Shown here: piece by piece, positions 19,429-29,060 of the stretch | Position numbering within the stretch: position 1 is the stretch's first letter | Layout: each line of letters opens with the position of its first letter | Source of the DNA: an uncultured Subdoligranulum sp. | GTDB taxonomy: Bacteria > Bacillota > Clostridia > Christensenellales > CAG-314 | Assembly: GCA_964612455.1 (NCBI GenBank) | Contig: CAZTCB010000002.1 | Coordinates: 13,809-77,808, forward strand | Reading direction: 5' to 3' | DNA length: 64,000 bases | Notes under the pieces: generated by a model | What the model was told of the DNA's origin: nothing | Seen by the model: only the letters and a program-made list of their open reading frames with translations | Databases searched by the model: none | Position numbers and translations under genes: made by a program

Positions 19429-21060
19429 ATGGGACATTTGGCGTTGTACAGGCGTTTTCGCCCTCGTACTTTTGACGAAATAGTAGGACAATCGCATGTT
19501 ACCGTTACGCTTAAAAATCAAATAAAATCGGGCGAAATCAGTCACGCATATCTTTTTTGCGGCACACGGGGTACGGGTAAAACCACCGCCGCAAAAGTTT
19601 TCGCGCGTGCGGTAAATTGTCTTGACAGCCATGACGGCAATCCGTGCCTCTCTTGCGAAAACTGCCATGACGGCAATCCTGTCGACGTGGTCGAGCTGGA
19701 CGCCGCCAGCAACAACGGCGTCGATTATATCAGAGATATAGTAGAGAGGGCGGCGTTTTCACCGGTAAACGGCAAGTACAAAGTATATATAGTGGACGAA
19801 GTTCATATGCTCAGCGCAAGTGCCTTCAACGCCTTTTTAAAGACATTAGAAGAACCCCCGTCCCACGCTGTTTTTGTCCTTTGCACGACCGAACCGCAAA
19901 AAATCCCGCAAACGATACTCAGTCGTTGTATGCGTTTTGATTTTCGTCTCGTGTCGGTTTCGGATTTAGAAAAACTACTCACAAGGATACTGCACGACGT
20001 CGGAGCCGTAGCCACCCCCGAAGCGATAACGGCAATTTGCACCGCGGGCGAGGGCAGCGTGCGCGATACGTTGAGCATTGCGGACAGATGCCTTGCTTTT
20101 TCCCGCGGGGCAGTACTCGGATACGACGACGTAATGAATATACTCGGCGCAACCGACAACGCGTCGGTAGAGAGGTTGGCGACTGCTATCCTCGACGACG
20201 ACGTTGCGACGATACTGACCGAAATAAAAAGTCTGACCGACGCAGGCAAAAACGTCGTATCGTTGTCGTCGGATTTGGCGGCTGTTTTCAGAAACGTAGT
20301 CATGTGCAGTACCGTGTCTGACGCAAAACGTTTGCTTAATCTTCCCGAAAACCGTTTTGAGTTTTTTGACGTCGCCGCTAAAAAATATAACGTAAAAAAA
20401 GTTTTGTATGTGCTCGACGTTTTTGCGGGTATCGAAAACGATTTGAGATTTGCGCTCAATCCGACTTTGTTGCTCGAGGCGATTGCGTTGCGTGCGGCGG
20501 CGGGTACGGGCGAGGTAAATACGGACGATTTGCAGTCGCGCGTCAACCGATTGGAGCGCAAGGTTGAGGAATTGTCGAGGCAAATCGTGATGCCCGTTTC
20601 GGCTGTTAATCGGCGTGACGAGGTTGCGCCGCCACTAAACGGTTCTCCCTCGCAACAACAGCCACGACAGCCGTCCGCAACGGTTATCGGCAAGGACGGG
20701 GTAAAAGAAACGCCGTCCGCAAAAGCTGGTCTTCCGTCAGGCGGAGCAGTGTGGGGCAAGGTGATAGCGGCGTTGAGGGTAAGTGACGAGGCGGTTCTTT
20801 TTAATGTTTGCGAGAGCGTCGAAAAAGTATTTGTCGAACAGGAGTCAGCCCTCGTCGTGTTGGTAAAAAGCGGCGGATACGCCATATTGACGCGGCAGGA
20901 CAACAAGGATTTGATTCAAAAAACGGTGAGTAGGTACAGCCCTTATCGTTTTGTCGTCAGACTTGCGGAAGACAAAGACTCGTGGGAGCAAACTCTCAAA
21001 CAGTTTAAAAACATTGCCGGCGACGTGCCCATATACGTTGACGGCAAAAAGGTCAATTGA
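19429..21060 (+). CDS. dnaX: DNA polymerase III subunit gamma/tau
   Basis: GTRGTGKTT Walker A, Cys4 zinc module, DEVHMLS, SRC motif. Confidence 0.95.
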   Translation: MGHLALYRRFRPRTFDEIVGQSHVTVTLKNQIKSGEISHAYLFCGTRGTGKTTAAKVFARAVNCLDSHDGNPCLSCENCHDGNPVDVVELDAASNNGVDYIRDIVERAAFSPVNGKYKVYIVDEVHMLSASAFNAFLKTLEEPPSHAVFVLCTTEPQKIPQTILSRCMRFDFRLVSVSDLEKLLTRILHDVGAVATPEAITAICTAGEGSVRDTLSIADRCLAFSRGAVLGYDDVMNILGATDNASVERLATAILDDDVATILTEIKSLTDAGKNVVSLSSDLAAVFRNVVMCSTVSDAKRLLNLPENRFEFFDVAAKKYNVKKVLYVLDVFAGIENDLRFALNPTLLLEAIALRAAAGTGEVNTDDLQSRVNRLERKVEELSRQIVMPVSAVNRRDEVAPPLNGSPSQQQPRQPSATVIGKDGVKETPSAKAGLPSGGAVWGKVIAALRVSDEAVLFNVCESVEKVFVEQESALVVLVKSGGYAILTRQDNKDLIQKTVSRYSPYRFVVRLAEDKDSWEQTLKQFKNIAGDVPIYVDGKKVN

Positions 21061-21151
21061 CGGCAACGGGTGTCGGTAAAGCGACGTAAAAACAGTAAAA
21101 TAAATAAACAAAAACAAAAAATAATAAAAAAGAAAAAAGGAGATTTTTTTT

Positions 21152-21478
21152 ATGGCAGGTTTCAAAGGATACGGCGGCGGCAATATGCAGGCTATGCTCC
21201 GTCAGGCACAACAAATGCAACAAAAACTCAAAGAGGCGCAAGAAGAACTCGAAGAGTTGCAACTCGAAGGTAGCGCAGGCAGCGGGCTGGTCAAAGTGGT
21301 GGTCAACGGCAAAAAAATCGTTTCGTCCGTCACAATCGATCCCAAAGCAGTCGATCCCGACGACGTAGAGATGCTCGAGGACCTCGTGACGGCGGCTCTC
21401 AACGACGCATACGACAAAGCGGACGAAGAGTACGAAAGGCTCATGGGACCGTTTCAGGCACTTGGAGGCATGTTGTAA
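21152..21478 (+). CDS. ybaB: Nucleoid-associated protein YbaB/EbfC
   Basis: 108 aa, MLRQAQQMQQKL N-terminus, dnaX-ybaB-recR synteny. Confidence 0.9.
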   Translation: MAGFKGYGGGNMQAMLRQAQQMQQKLKEAQEELEELQLEGSAGSGLVKVVVNGKKIVSSVTIDPKAVDPDDVEMLEDLVTAALNDAYDKADEEYERLMGPFQALGGML

Positions 21479-22075
21479 TTGAGAGAGTTTATAGATCCGA
21501 TCGCCCGTCTCGTCAATCAATTCAGTAAATTGCCGGGAGTAGGACAAAAAACAGCTCAACGTTACGCCTACAGGATTCTCGATATGTCGTCCGCGCAGGT
21601 CAGAGAGTTTGCAGACGTCCTCGTCGCCACCAAAGAAACCGTACGTTTTTGCTCGGTTTGCGGCAACTTTACCGAAAGCGAGAGATGTCGGATTTGCGAC
21701 GACGCGTCGCGCGACCACTCCGTCGTTTGCGTGGTCAGGGACGCGAAAGATATTTTGGCGATAGAAAAGATAAACGAGTACAAGGGCGTTTATCATGTCC
21801 TCGGCGGACTCTTAAACCCGATAGAAAACGTCGGACCAAACGACTTGCATATCAAATCGTTGATGACTCGTCTCGACGGCTCGGTAAAAGAAGTGATAGT
21901 CGCAACCAACCCGACGGTAGAAGGAGAAGCAACGGCAATGTACCTTGCCCGACTTATCAAACCTCTCGGCGTCAAAGTGACGCGTCCCGCGCAGGGGGTT
22001 TCCGCAGGCAGCGAGTTGGAGTATACCGACAACGCCACTCTGACTCAGGCATTGGAAAACCGAAGAGAAATCTGA
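21479..22075 (+). CDS. recR: Recombination protein RecR
   Basis: LPGVGQKTAQR HhH motif, CxxC...CxxC zinc finger, Toprim domain. TTG start. Confidence 0.95.
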   Translation: MREFIDPIARLVNQFSKLPGVGQKTAQRYAYRILDMSSAQVREFADVLVATKETVRFCSVCGNFTESERCRICDDASRDHSVVCVVRDAKDILAIEKINEYKGVYHVLGGLLNPIENVGPNDLHIKSLMTRLDGSVKEVIVATNPTVEGEATAMYLARLIKPLGVKVTRPAQGVSAGSELEYTDNATLTQALENRREI

Positions 22076-22227
22076 CCGTTTTTTTAATGCAGTTAAAAAT
22101 CTTTATACACTTATAATCAACTAAGAGATGGTTTTTTTTGATTATAATGTCATCGATGAAACATCGATGGAAAATAAATCGTTTTAATAGTTTCATTTCA
22201 ATAATATTTTGCAGATAGGGAGAAATT

Positions 22228-22920
22228 TTGGTGTTAAAAACATATGAAAAACACAAAGCAAATATATGCTTTTTAGTTGGTCTAATGTTCTTATGTATCA
22301 CTGTTTTTTTTAGCTGTTTTTTTACTGACTCGGGTATTGATAAGTTATATTCCGAAACGATGAAAAAAACAGTAGAAATTCGATGTTACAACACCGAAAA
22401 CAACATAAACTATGCAACGGGTTGTGTTATTTCGGAAGATGGAGAAATATTGACAAATAAACATGTTATAATGACTAAAGACGATATCTTTCAATATGTT
22501 GAGGTAAGATTTTATACTGATGATGAATTTATCCGCTCAGAGGTTATTAAGGTATCAGAAACAGAAGATTTGGCTTTAATAAAAGTAAATCAAAAAACAA
22601 AAGATGCTTTTGCTATAGGTAAAAGCGTAAAAGGAGGTGAAAGAGTATTTACTATAGGAAATCCTAATGGTTTTGGGTTGTCTTTTACTGAAGGAATAGT
22701 ATCTTCGCCGTTGAGATATGTCAAATATGAAGGAAAAGAAATAAAAACAACACAAACTTCGCTCATTATCAATGCAGGGAATAGTGGGGGACCGTTGTTT
22801 AATACAAGTGGAGAACTTATTGGCTTGGTTACATTTAGAATACGTAATAATTCGGGAGACATAATTCAGGGTGTTTCGTTTGCGCTGCATTATTCTGTGC
22901 TTCAACAATTTTTACAATAA
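22228..22920 (+). CDS. Membrane-anchored trypsin-like (S1) serine protease
   Basis: His (TNKHV), Asp (DLALIKV) and Ser (GNSGGPLF) triad contexts. N-terminal TM helix. GTG start after GGGAGA. Confidence 0.75.
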   Translation: MVLKTYEKHKANICFLVGLMFLCITVFFSCFFTDSGIDKLYSETMKKTVEIRCYNTENNINYATGCVISEDGEILTNKHVIMTKDDIFQYVEVRFYTDDEFIRSEVIKVSETEDLALIKVNQKTKDAFAIGKSVKGGERVFTIGNPNGFGLSFTEGIVSSPLRYVKYEGKEIKTTQTSLIINAGNSGGPLFNTSGELIGLVTFRIRNNSGDIIQGVSFALHYSVLQQFLQ

Positions 22921-22987
22921 ATTGATTTTTTTTGAGTTGTGCGAATGGAAATAGAAAGATAAAAACTAAGTCAAGTAGGGAGAATAT

Positions 22988-24103
22988 ATGAAAAATTGTA
23001 AAATCAAAATCGAATGTATTTCGGTTATTTTATCCGCAGTTTTATTAATAGGATTTTTGTTGCCTTCATTCCAATTGAGTAATATTTTTGACTTGGGTGT
23101 AAGTGAAAATGTAAGGACGATAACTGCAAATGAGATTTTTAATGTATCCATAGAAGATGAAATTGAACTTTTTTTAAATCAATTTGACGATTACGAATGT
23201 ATAGTAGATGAAGATTTAGAACAAGTATTGGTGCGAGAAACGAAGTGTTTGGATGGTGCTGTAACAGTTTACGAAACTTATATTAATTATATGGCCAATG
23301 AGTTGAGGGCATTTACTGTAATACTTAGGTCATACAATGAGGAGGGCATGTTAGAAACGGAGGATTGTTACGCAGTTCAATTGTATTACGAGACGGAAGA
23401 GGATGAGTATTATATAGTTTTTGGAAATGAGATGATTTCCATAAGCGAGCTTGTCGGAACAGATGTTTTAGAAAATTGTATTGCGATAGCGGATGATATT
23501 GCCGTGTCCGTTGCGTTATTAGCTGTCACGGCGGTGATAGTCTGTCATCCTTACATAAAGACGATAGTTACGACGGTGGTGACTACTGTAGTTAGTTGGG
23601 TTAAGTCGCTTTGGCGTTGGCTCAATGGTGTATTTATTACCAAAAAGGTAACAACTACGACTGTCGAGCCGGTTGTATATTATCGTACAAATATTTTTTC
23701 TCGAGATTTTGAATTAGAAAGAGTTGAAGCAACGGATGTTGCGTGTGAGGTATCGCGTGATGCGGGTGGGTATTATTTGGCTGTTGTGGTTGGCTCAATT
23801 GTATATATTTCGATTGAAACTATAACGGAGAGCGAAGCGGTTGCTGTGCTTGCTTCAAATATTGACGTAAGAATAGAAGAAACAGATTTTCAATTAAATA
23901 CATATACAGCAGGAGAAATGGATGCTGAGAGTATAGCCTTGCAAGCGGCAAATTATAACGGACTTTTGGAAATTACGAGACATACTTATCATAATCGAGG
24001 AGGAACGAAGAAGGGTATCTATTTTGAGCATTATCATCCCGGACCTTCTTATATGCATGGATTGCCGCACAGCTTTTTTGGTGTTCCGATGATAGTGGTA
24101 TAG
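22988..24103 (+). CDS. Hypothetical membrane protein with His-rich C-terminal motif
   Basis: RBS GGGAGA. N-terminal signal anchor, central TM segment (AVSVALLAVTAVIVC...TTVVTTVVSWV), C-terminal FEHYHPGPSYMHGLPHSFFG. Confidence 0.6.
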   Translation: MKNCKIKIECISVILSAVLLIGFLLPSFQLSNIFDLGVSENVRTITANEIFNVSIEDEIELFLNQFDDYECIVDEDLEQVLVRETKCLDGAVTVYETYINYMANELRAFTVILRSYNEEGMLETEDCYAVQLYYETEEDEYYIVFGNEMISISELVGTDVLENCIAIADDIAVSVALLAVTAVIVCHPYIKTIVTTVVTTVVSWVKSLWRWLNGVFITKKVTTTTVEPVVYYRTNIFSRDFELERVEATDVACEVSRDAGGYYLAVVVGSIVYISIETITESEAVAVLASNIDVRIEETDFQLNTYTAGEMDAESIALQAANYNGLLEITRHTYHNRGGTKKGIYFEHYHPGPSYMHGLPHSFFGVPMIVV

Positions 24104-24114
24104 CGGGTACGGGT

Positions 24115-24651
24115 ATGAAAAAGGACATGAATGAGTTATATCGTCGGTTTGTTGACGAGATTGATATGTGGCAGCGGAAAATAGATAGATACAATCAAAA
24201 AAATCATTTGCCGCTTGTGGGAGCAAATAGTAGAACGATTGAGCAAGAAGAAAACATAATTATCAACAAATATGGAGGAAAAAAGTTAAATACAGAGTAC
24301 TTTTACGAGCATTTAACCGATTTTTTCGGCGACAAAGAGTGCGTAGAGTATTATCAACGGGTATCCCCGTGTAAAATAATTTTTGCAAAAACGGAGGAAA
24401 TTATACCTGATGATTATTTTTATTCTTTCTATCTGATTCCGATTGATAGAGCACAAAAAAAAGACGTAAATTATGGTAGAGAGGTAGTTGTTTATATAAC
24501 ATCAAGAGACGGAATAAATGTTTACGTAAGTGGATTTATGAATGAGTACATACTGTCTTCAAGAGAGAATATAAATGAGTTTCATTCGGCGATGTCTTAT
24601 TACGCAGGAGGAATCGCTGTTTATTATCGGGAAATAGAAGACAAAATATAA
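24115..24651 (+). CDS. Hypothetical cytoplasmic protein (possibly SMI1/KNR4-like)
   Basis: Starts 11 nt after the preceding gene. No signal peptide. Only a weak by-eye resemblance to SUKH immunity proteins. Confidence 0.5.
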   Translation: MKKDMNELYRRFVDEIDMWQRKIDRYNQKNHLPLVGANSRTIEQEENIIINKYGGKKLNTEYFYEHLTDFFGDKECVEYYQRVSPCKIIFAKTEEIIPDDYFYSFYLIPIDRAQKKDVNYGREVVVYITSRDGINVYVSGFMNEYILSSRENINEFHSAMSYYAGGIAVYYREIEDKI

Positions 24652-24795
24652 TATTAATATTCGAAATCAAATTGAGGAATATAGATCGACGAGTATTATT
24701 TCATATGTGATTGCTTTACCTCGTAAACGAGTGGTACCGATGACGTACGAGATAAAATCATGGCGATATGAATATGTAAAAATAATGTAAAAGAC

Positions 24796-24824
24796 TTGAC
24801 ATCTCAAAGACTTTATTTTAAAAT
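24796..24824 (+). promoter_or_regulatory. Candidate sigma-A promoter for cassette 1
   Basis: TTGACA, 17 nt spacer, TAAAAT. Confidence 0.5.
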
Positions 24825-24892
24825 GAATAAAAGTGGGTTTCGTTCAGGTGGCTCATCGATACGAAAACCATGAAAATTTTAGGAGGTTTTTT

Positions 24893-26005
24893 ATGAAAAG
24901 AACAAAATTGCATGTTTTTACTGCAGTAGCGTTGACCGCGCTTGTTTTATTGTCGGTTGTGTTTTATTGCGATTGCGTGCAGCCTGAAAAAGTATCTGCA
25001 ATAGATAGCGATACTTTTTCGAGTATGACAGAGATTCATTACTATAGTGATTCTGCACCGCGGGTGTCTCCGGCGACCTTTTCGGCAAATTTTACAACGC
25101 CGATACAATATCACTATCTGTTTGACCTTACCGAACAGGATCTTGACGATATGCTTTTAAACGGTGATTTTTCATTCGGTAGCGAGTACACTCTCATTAT
25201 TTTTGAGATAAGGCGCGATATTATTGATGGTAGTGTTTTGGAAAACGTCTTTAGTGAGTTTAAGGCGCATGGTTGCTATATCATTTTTAATAGTGCGTAT
25301 TTTTCGTACGAATACTCTAATACCGATTTTACCAATTACGTAGACGAATTTTTGCTGTGTTCGTTTGATTTTTTCTACTTATTCGTAAAGCAGACCGTAT
25401 TTGATATTTTGAATGTTCAATCGGGTATAGATAATTCATGCATATTGTTGGACGGTAGATGGTTTTCGGACGTGGGTGACTTTAGTGCAGATATGGAGAC
25501 AATGTGCGACTCTTCTCCGTTTTTAAAAATATTAATGCGGCAACTTTGCATACAGTTAGGTATGTCGTACGATAGGGATTATGACGTGATCGTGCAGGAG
25601 TTACGGAGTAGAAATGTACATCTATTGGTAAATATAGGTAACTATATGTATGTTGATTTACTGCACGATACGGATCAAGTGAGTCCGATTATTGTGAGTG
25701 ACGGTATATATATTAATGTACATGAACGTAACGACTTACGTTATTATTTTTCTGGATATACATTGTACGCCATGGGACAATGGAGTTTAGAAAGCGAGTT
25801 TTATCATTTACTCTTAAGTATTCAAGAAACGTCTGGTGATGATGTAGAGGTTTACGTTTTTGAGGTTGATCCGATAGTATACGGTCACGGACTGAGGATA
25901 CATAGTGATACGGATTTAGTTACTTCTTACGGCGGTTATTATAGTCCTGTTGAGTATGAAATAGACATACTCCTTGATGAATTGATTGCCGGTGGATTAA
26001 GATAA
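24893..26005 (+). CDS. Uncharacterised membrane-anchored protein, 'family A' paralog 1
   Basis: AGGAGG RBS and N-terminal TM helix. Shares motifs with 29286-30395 and 35877-36932 (IIFEIRRD, GCYIIF, SSPFLK, HLLVNIG..YVD, VFEVDPIVYGHG). Confidence 0.7.
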   Translation: MKRTKLHVFTAVALTALVLLSVVFYCDCVQPEKVSAIDSDTFSSMTEIHYYSDSAPRVSPATFSANFTTPIQYHYLFDLTEQDLDDMLLNGDFSFGSEYTLIIFEIRRDIIDGSVLENVFSEFKAHGCYIIFNSAYFSYEYSNTDFTNYVDEFLLCSFDFFYLFVKQTVFDILNVQSGIDNSCILLDGRWFSDVGDFSADMETMCDSSPFLKILMRQLCIQLGMSYDRDYDVIVQELRSRNVHLLVNIGNYMYVDLLHDTDQVSPIIVSDGIYINVHERNDLRYYFSGYTLYAMGQWSLESEFYHLLLSIQETSGDDVEVYVFEVDPIVYGHGLRIHSDTDLVTSYGGYYSPVEYEIDILLDELIAGGLR

Positions 26006-26026
26006 AAAGAGATTAGGAGGTTTTTT

Positions 26027-27469
26027 ATGAATAGGATTAAAATAACACGATACGTTGTTCTATTATTACTCGTTTGTTGTCTTTGTCTTGTTTTGGGTGC
26101 TTGTACACCAAACACGCCGGAGCCGACGCCGGAGCCTACACCGACGCCGAGCGAGCCTACTACCGTACAACTCGATGCCCCCGCAAACGTAGTGTTGGAC
26201 GAAAATAACAGACTCAACTGGGACGCGGTAGAAAACGCTGATTTTTACACGATAAAAATCGACGATAAACAATACAAGAGCAAAAACCCGTATTACAACT
26301 TCAGCTCTTACTTGGGTAGGAGTACGACGGTTTATATCAAGGCAACGGGTGACGGCGAGAGTTATACCGATTCCAAATGGACGGTTTTTGAGTATAAGAT
26401 TCCGGCACCGTTAAAGTACAAATTGCTGGATGACGGGAGCGGATACGAAGTCAGCGCGTTGGACGAAACCGACCTCAATCCGGAAGGTTATAGGGGTACG
26501 CTCGTTATCCCCGATTATTACGAAGGATTGCCGGTGACGAAAATCGCAGACGAAGCGTTTTTCTCGCAAAAATCCCCCGACGGTAACAAAGTGACGACTA
26601 CGATACAGTTTCCCGCACAGCTTAAGGTAATAGGACTACACGCGTTTTCCTATTTTAAAGCGTTGGAGTCTATAGAAATACCTGCTTCCGTAACGAAAAT
26701 AGACTATTGGGCATTTTCAGGTTGTACGGCGTTAAAGACAGTCACGTTAAACGATGGTTTACAGACTATTGAGTCGGGGGCGTTTAAGAATTGCTCTGCT
26801 TTAACCAAAATAGTTATCCCTGATACCGTAACGAGTCTGGGCGGCAGTGTGTTTGACGGTTGTACAAAGTTGTCTAAGATTACTTTGTCGGCAAATCTGC
26901 AGGCAATGGGGAGAGATGTATTTGCTAATACCGCTTGGTATACCAAGCAAGCACTCGGCTATGTTGTCTTGCGCGGGGATCTCTTGTACGGATATAAAGG
27001 AGACGTCCCTGCGGTTATCGATGACCTCCCCGAAGAGATAAAGTATATAGGCGGCGGCGCGTTTGCGGAGACTGACCTCGAGTCGATTGTGTTACGCGAC
27101 GGTATGGTTATTTTTGAAGGTGCTTTTTCAAATTGCAAAAAATTAAAAACCGTTCGTTTACCGTCTGATTTAAAAGTGTTGCCGGAGTTTGCGTTTAGCT
27201 ATTGTACGAGTTTAACCGAGTTAATCATTCCGAAAACGGTGACGACGATAGAGACATCCGCACTCCTTGTTTCTGCCAATACAAAAATGTATTATTGCGG
27301 CACGTTGGAGGATTGGGATAAAATAGCCGTGGCAGACAGCTACTTAAAGTCGTACGTCATGTTTTATTCCGAAACCCAACCTACCGATGCGGACAACAAG
27401 TATTGGCATTACGATGCCGACGGCAATAAAGCGGTATGGCAAAAGAAAGAGGAGAATACGACGGAATAA
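26027..27469 (+). CDS. Lipoprotein with Pro/Thr linker, Fn3-like domain and BspA-type leucine-rich repeats (paralog 1)
   Basis: Lipobox LGAC. TPEPTPEPTPTP linker. IP..V..I...AF..C..L repeats. C-terminal YWHYDADGNKAVW motif. Confidence 0.8.
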   Translation: MNRIKITRYVVLLLLVCCLCLVLGACTPNTPEPTPEPTPTPSEPTTVQLDAPANVVLDENNRLNWDAVENADFYTIKIDDKQYKSKNPYYNFSSYLGRSTTVYIKATGDGESYTDSKWTVFEYKIPAPLKYKLLDDGSGYEVSALDETDLNPEGYRGTLVIPDYYEGLPVTKIADEAFFSQKSPDGNKVTTTIQFPAQLKVIGLHAFSYFKALESIEIPASVTKIDYWAFSGCTALKTVTLNDGLQTIESGAFKNCSALTKIVIPDTVTSLGGSVFDGCTKLSKITLSANLQAMGRDVFANTAWYTKQALGYVVLRGDLLYGYKGDVPAVIDDLPEEIKYIGGGAFAETDLESIVLRDGMVIFEGAFSNCKKLKTVRLPSDLKVLPEFAFSYCTSLTELIIPKTVTTIETSALLVSANTKMYYCGTLEDWDKIAVADSYLKSYVMFYSETQPTDADNKYWHYDADGNKAVWQKKEENTTE

Positions 27470-27504
27470 ACATATTGATAGGATAAAATATTTTGATAAA
27501 TCAA

Positions 27505-27546
27505 CACCCCGAAAGCTTTTTTTAAGACTCTCGGGGTGCTTTTTTG
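27505..27546 (+). terminator. Intrinsic terminator after cassette 1
   Basis: CACCCCGA/TCGGGGTG stem followed by CTTTTTT. Confidence 0.55.
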
Positions 27547-27571
27547 TAGTTTGGTTAAGGTAAAAAACGCA

Positions 27572-27613
27572 TGAAAAAAGACTTAAAATCACATCCGATT
27601 CTAAGTCTTTTTT
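27572..27613 (-). terminator. Intrinsic terminator of the tRNA-Gly/tRNA-Cys transcript
   Basis: AAGACTTA/TAAGTCTT stem with a T-run on the minus strand, directly after tRNA-Cys. Confidence 0.55.
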
Positions 27614-27614
27614 C

Positions 27615-27689
27615 TGGAGGCGCCACCCGGAATCGAACCGGGGGATATAGATTTTGCAGACCTTTGCCTTACCGCTTGGCCATGGCGCC
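27615..27689 (-). tRNA. tRNA-Cys (anticodon GCA)
   Basis: GGCGCCA/TGGCGCC acceptor stem, CTGCAAA anticodon loop, CCCGG/TTCGATT/CCGGG T-arm, encoded CCA. Confidence 0.9.
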
Positions 27690-27694
27690 GAATG

Positions 27695-27769
27695 TGGAGC
27701 GGGAGACGGGATTCGGACCCGCGATATCTGCCTTGGCAAGGCAGCGCTCTACCACTGAGCCACTCCCGC
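27695..27769 (-). tRNA. tRNA-Gly (anticodon GCC), atypical T-loop
   Basis: GCGGGAG/CTCCCGC acceptor stem, CTGCC/TTGCCAA/GGCAG anticodon arm, encoded CCA. The T-loop reads TCCGAAT, so position 55 is C rather than U. Confidence 0.85.
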
Positions 27770-27890
27770 GAAATCTAACGCTCGTATATCATAACAAATA
27801 TTATAAAAAAAATCAAGGAATTTAATCCAAATTATTGAAAATTTTTTTTATCTATGATAAACTCTACTTGACCATCAAAAAGGAGAGTAT

Positions 27891-28787
27891 ATGGATAAAT
27901 TTTTTCTTTCTACGGACAGTACTGCGGATTTATACGCACACGAGGTAGACGAGCTACGTTGCGGCTTTTTACCGCTGACGATAACAATCCAGCGCGACGG
28001 CAATACGGAGTTTTTGGCCGACAACTTTACGACGGAAAAACAATATTACGATTTTTACGACGCGCTTAAAGACAAATCGGTATCCATCACGACGTCCAAA
28101 AACAACACTGAGATACATCGCGCTTATTTTGAAAAGCTGGCGAAGGAAGGGCATATGGACGTTTTGCACTTTACTATAGGCTACGGACTCGCCAATACTC
28201 TCGACAACGCGGAGGAGGCGGCGCAACTTGTCAAACAGACTTATCCTGACTTTAATCTCAAGGTCGTGGAGAGTTGTACCACTACCGTCGGTCAGGGTAT
28301 GCTCGTCCGTATCGCGGCAAAACTCAGAGACGAGGGAAAGACTATCGACGAGGTGTACGCTCATTGTCAAGAGGTCAAACATCGTATTCAGCACTTTATC
28401 ATGGTGGACGACTTGTTTTATCTCAAGCGCGGCGGCAGAGTCAGCGGCGCGGCGGCGGCGGTCGGCACCATTATTCAACTGAAAGTAGTCATTACCTTTG
28501 ATAAAGAAGGCAAACTAAAGGTCATCAAAAAGATTCCCGGGGGGAAACGCAAGTGCGAAAAAGCTATCTTTGACGACGTGGATACCTTTACCTTTGACCG
28601 TGACGATTTTTATCCCATCGTGGTGCACACGGGTAACGCGGAGTTTGCCGAGCAGGTTGCGGACGATATTAACGAAAAATACGGTTTTCGCCCCGAGATA
28701 AGGCTCATGGGACCGACTATCTCCTGCCATATCGGTCCGGGCGGTGTGGCGTTTGCCTTTATTGCGAAAGAGCAAAGACCGTATTGA
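27891..28787 (+). CDS. DegV-family fatty-acid-binding protein
   Basis: STDSTADL N-terminus, LRKGGRVS-type motif (LKRGGRVSGAAA), about 298 aa. Confidence 0.9.
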   Translation: MDKFFLSTDSTADLYAHEVDELRCGFLPLTITIQRDGNTEFLADNFTTEKQYYDFYDALKDKSVSITTSKNNTEIHRAYFEKLAKEGHMDVLHFTIGYGLANTLDNAEEAAQLVKQTYPDFNLKVVESCTTTVGQGMLVRIAAKLRDEGKTIDEVYAHCQEVKHRIQHFIMVDDLFYLKRGGRVSGAAAAVGTIIQLKVVITFDKEGKLKVIKKIPGGKRKCEKAIFDDVDTFTFDRDDFYPIVVHTGNAEFAEQVADDINEKYGFRPEIRLMGPTISCHIGPGGVAFAFIAKEQRPY

Positions 28788-28843
28788 CGATTTTAATCGA
28801 TATCGACTGTTGTCGATTGTGGTTAATAAATATGCTAAACGTC

Positions 28844-28875
28844 AGGATTCGGAAAAAACCGAATCCTTTTTTTTA
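28844..28875 (+). terminator. Intrinsic terminator after degV-family gene
   Basis: AGGATTCGG/CCGAATCCT stem plus T8. Confidence 0.8.
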
Positions 28876-29060
28876 ATGTAAAAAGTGTTTTCGTTTCGTA
28901 TCGTGTTGTTTGTCGACCGGGCTTATTTGGTTTTAACGGGCGACTGAGATTAAATTCAGTTTGAGTACTTTTGTTATTTTTGCCGTTTTTGCTAAAAAAA
29001 CACAATATAATTTTTGACAATATTGAGTGAAAAAAACGACATTAAATTTTTAAAAAAGTA

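Noticed and set aside
19628-19679. 16-nt perfect direct repeat (GCCATGACGGCAATCC, twice, 36 nt apart) inside dnaX, encoding HDGNP twice around the zinc module.
   Set aside because: It is in frame within an otherwise normal DnaX zinc-binding region. It is most simply a small internal duplication or coincidence with no evident regulatory meaning.
24725-24772. Possible second relic of an LRR-lipoprotein C-terminus upstream of cassette 1 (…EWY.DD…KI…).
   Set aside because: It matches the Y-W-x-Y-D…W motif only after an indel is invoked, and even then the match is poor. It is too degenerate to support.
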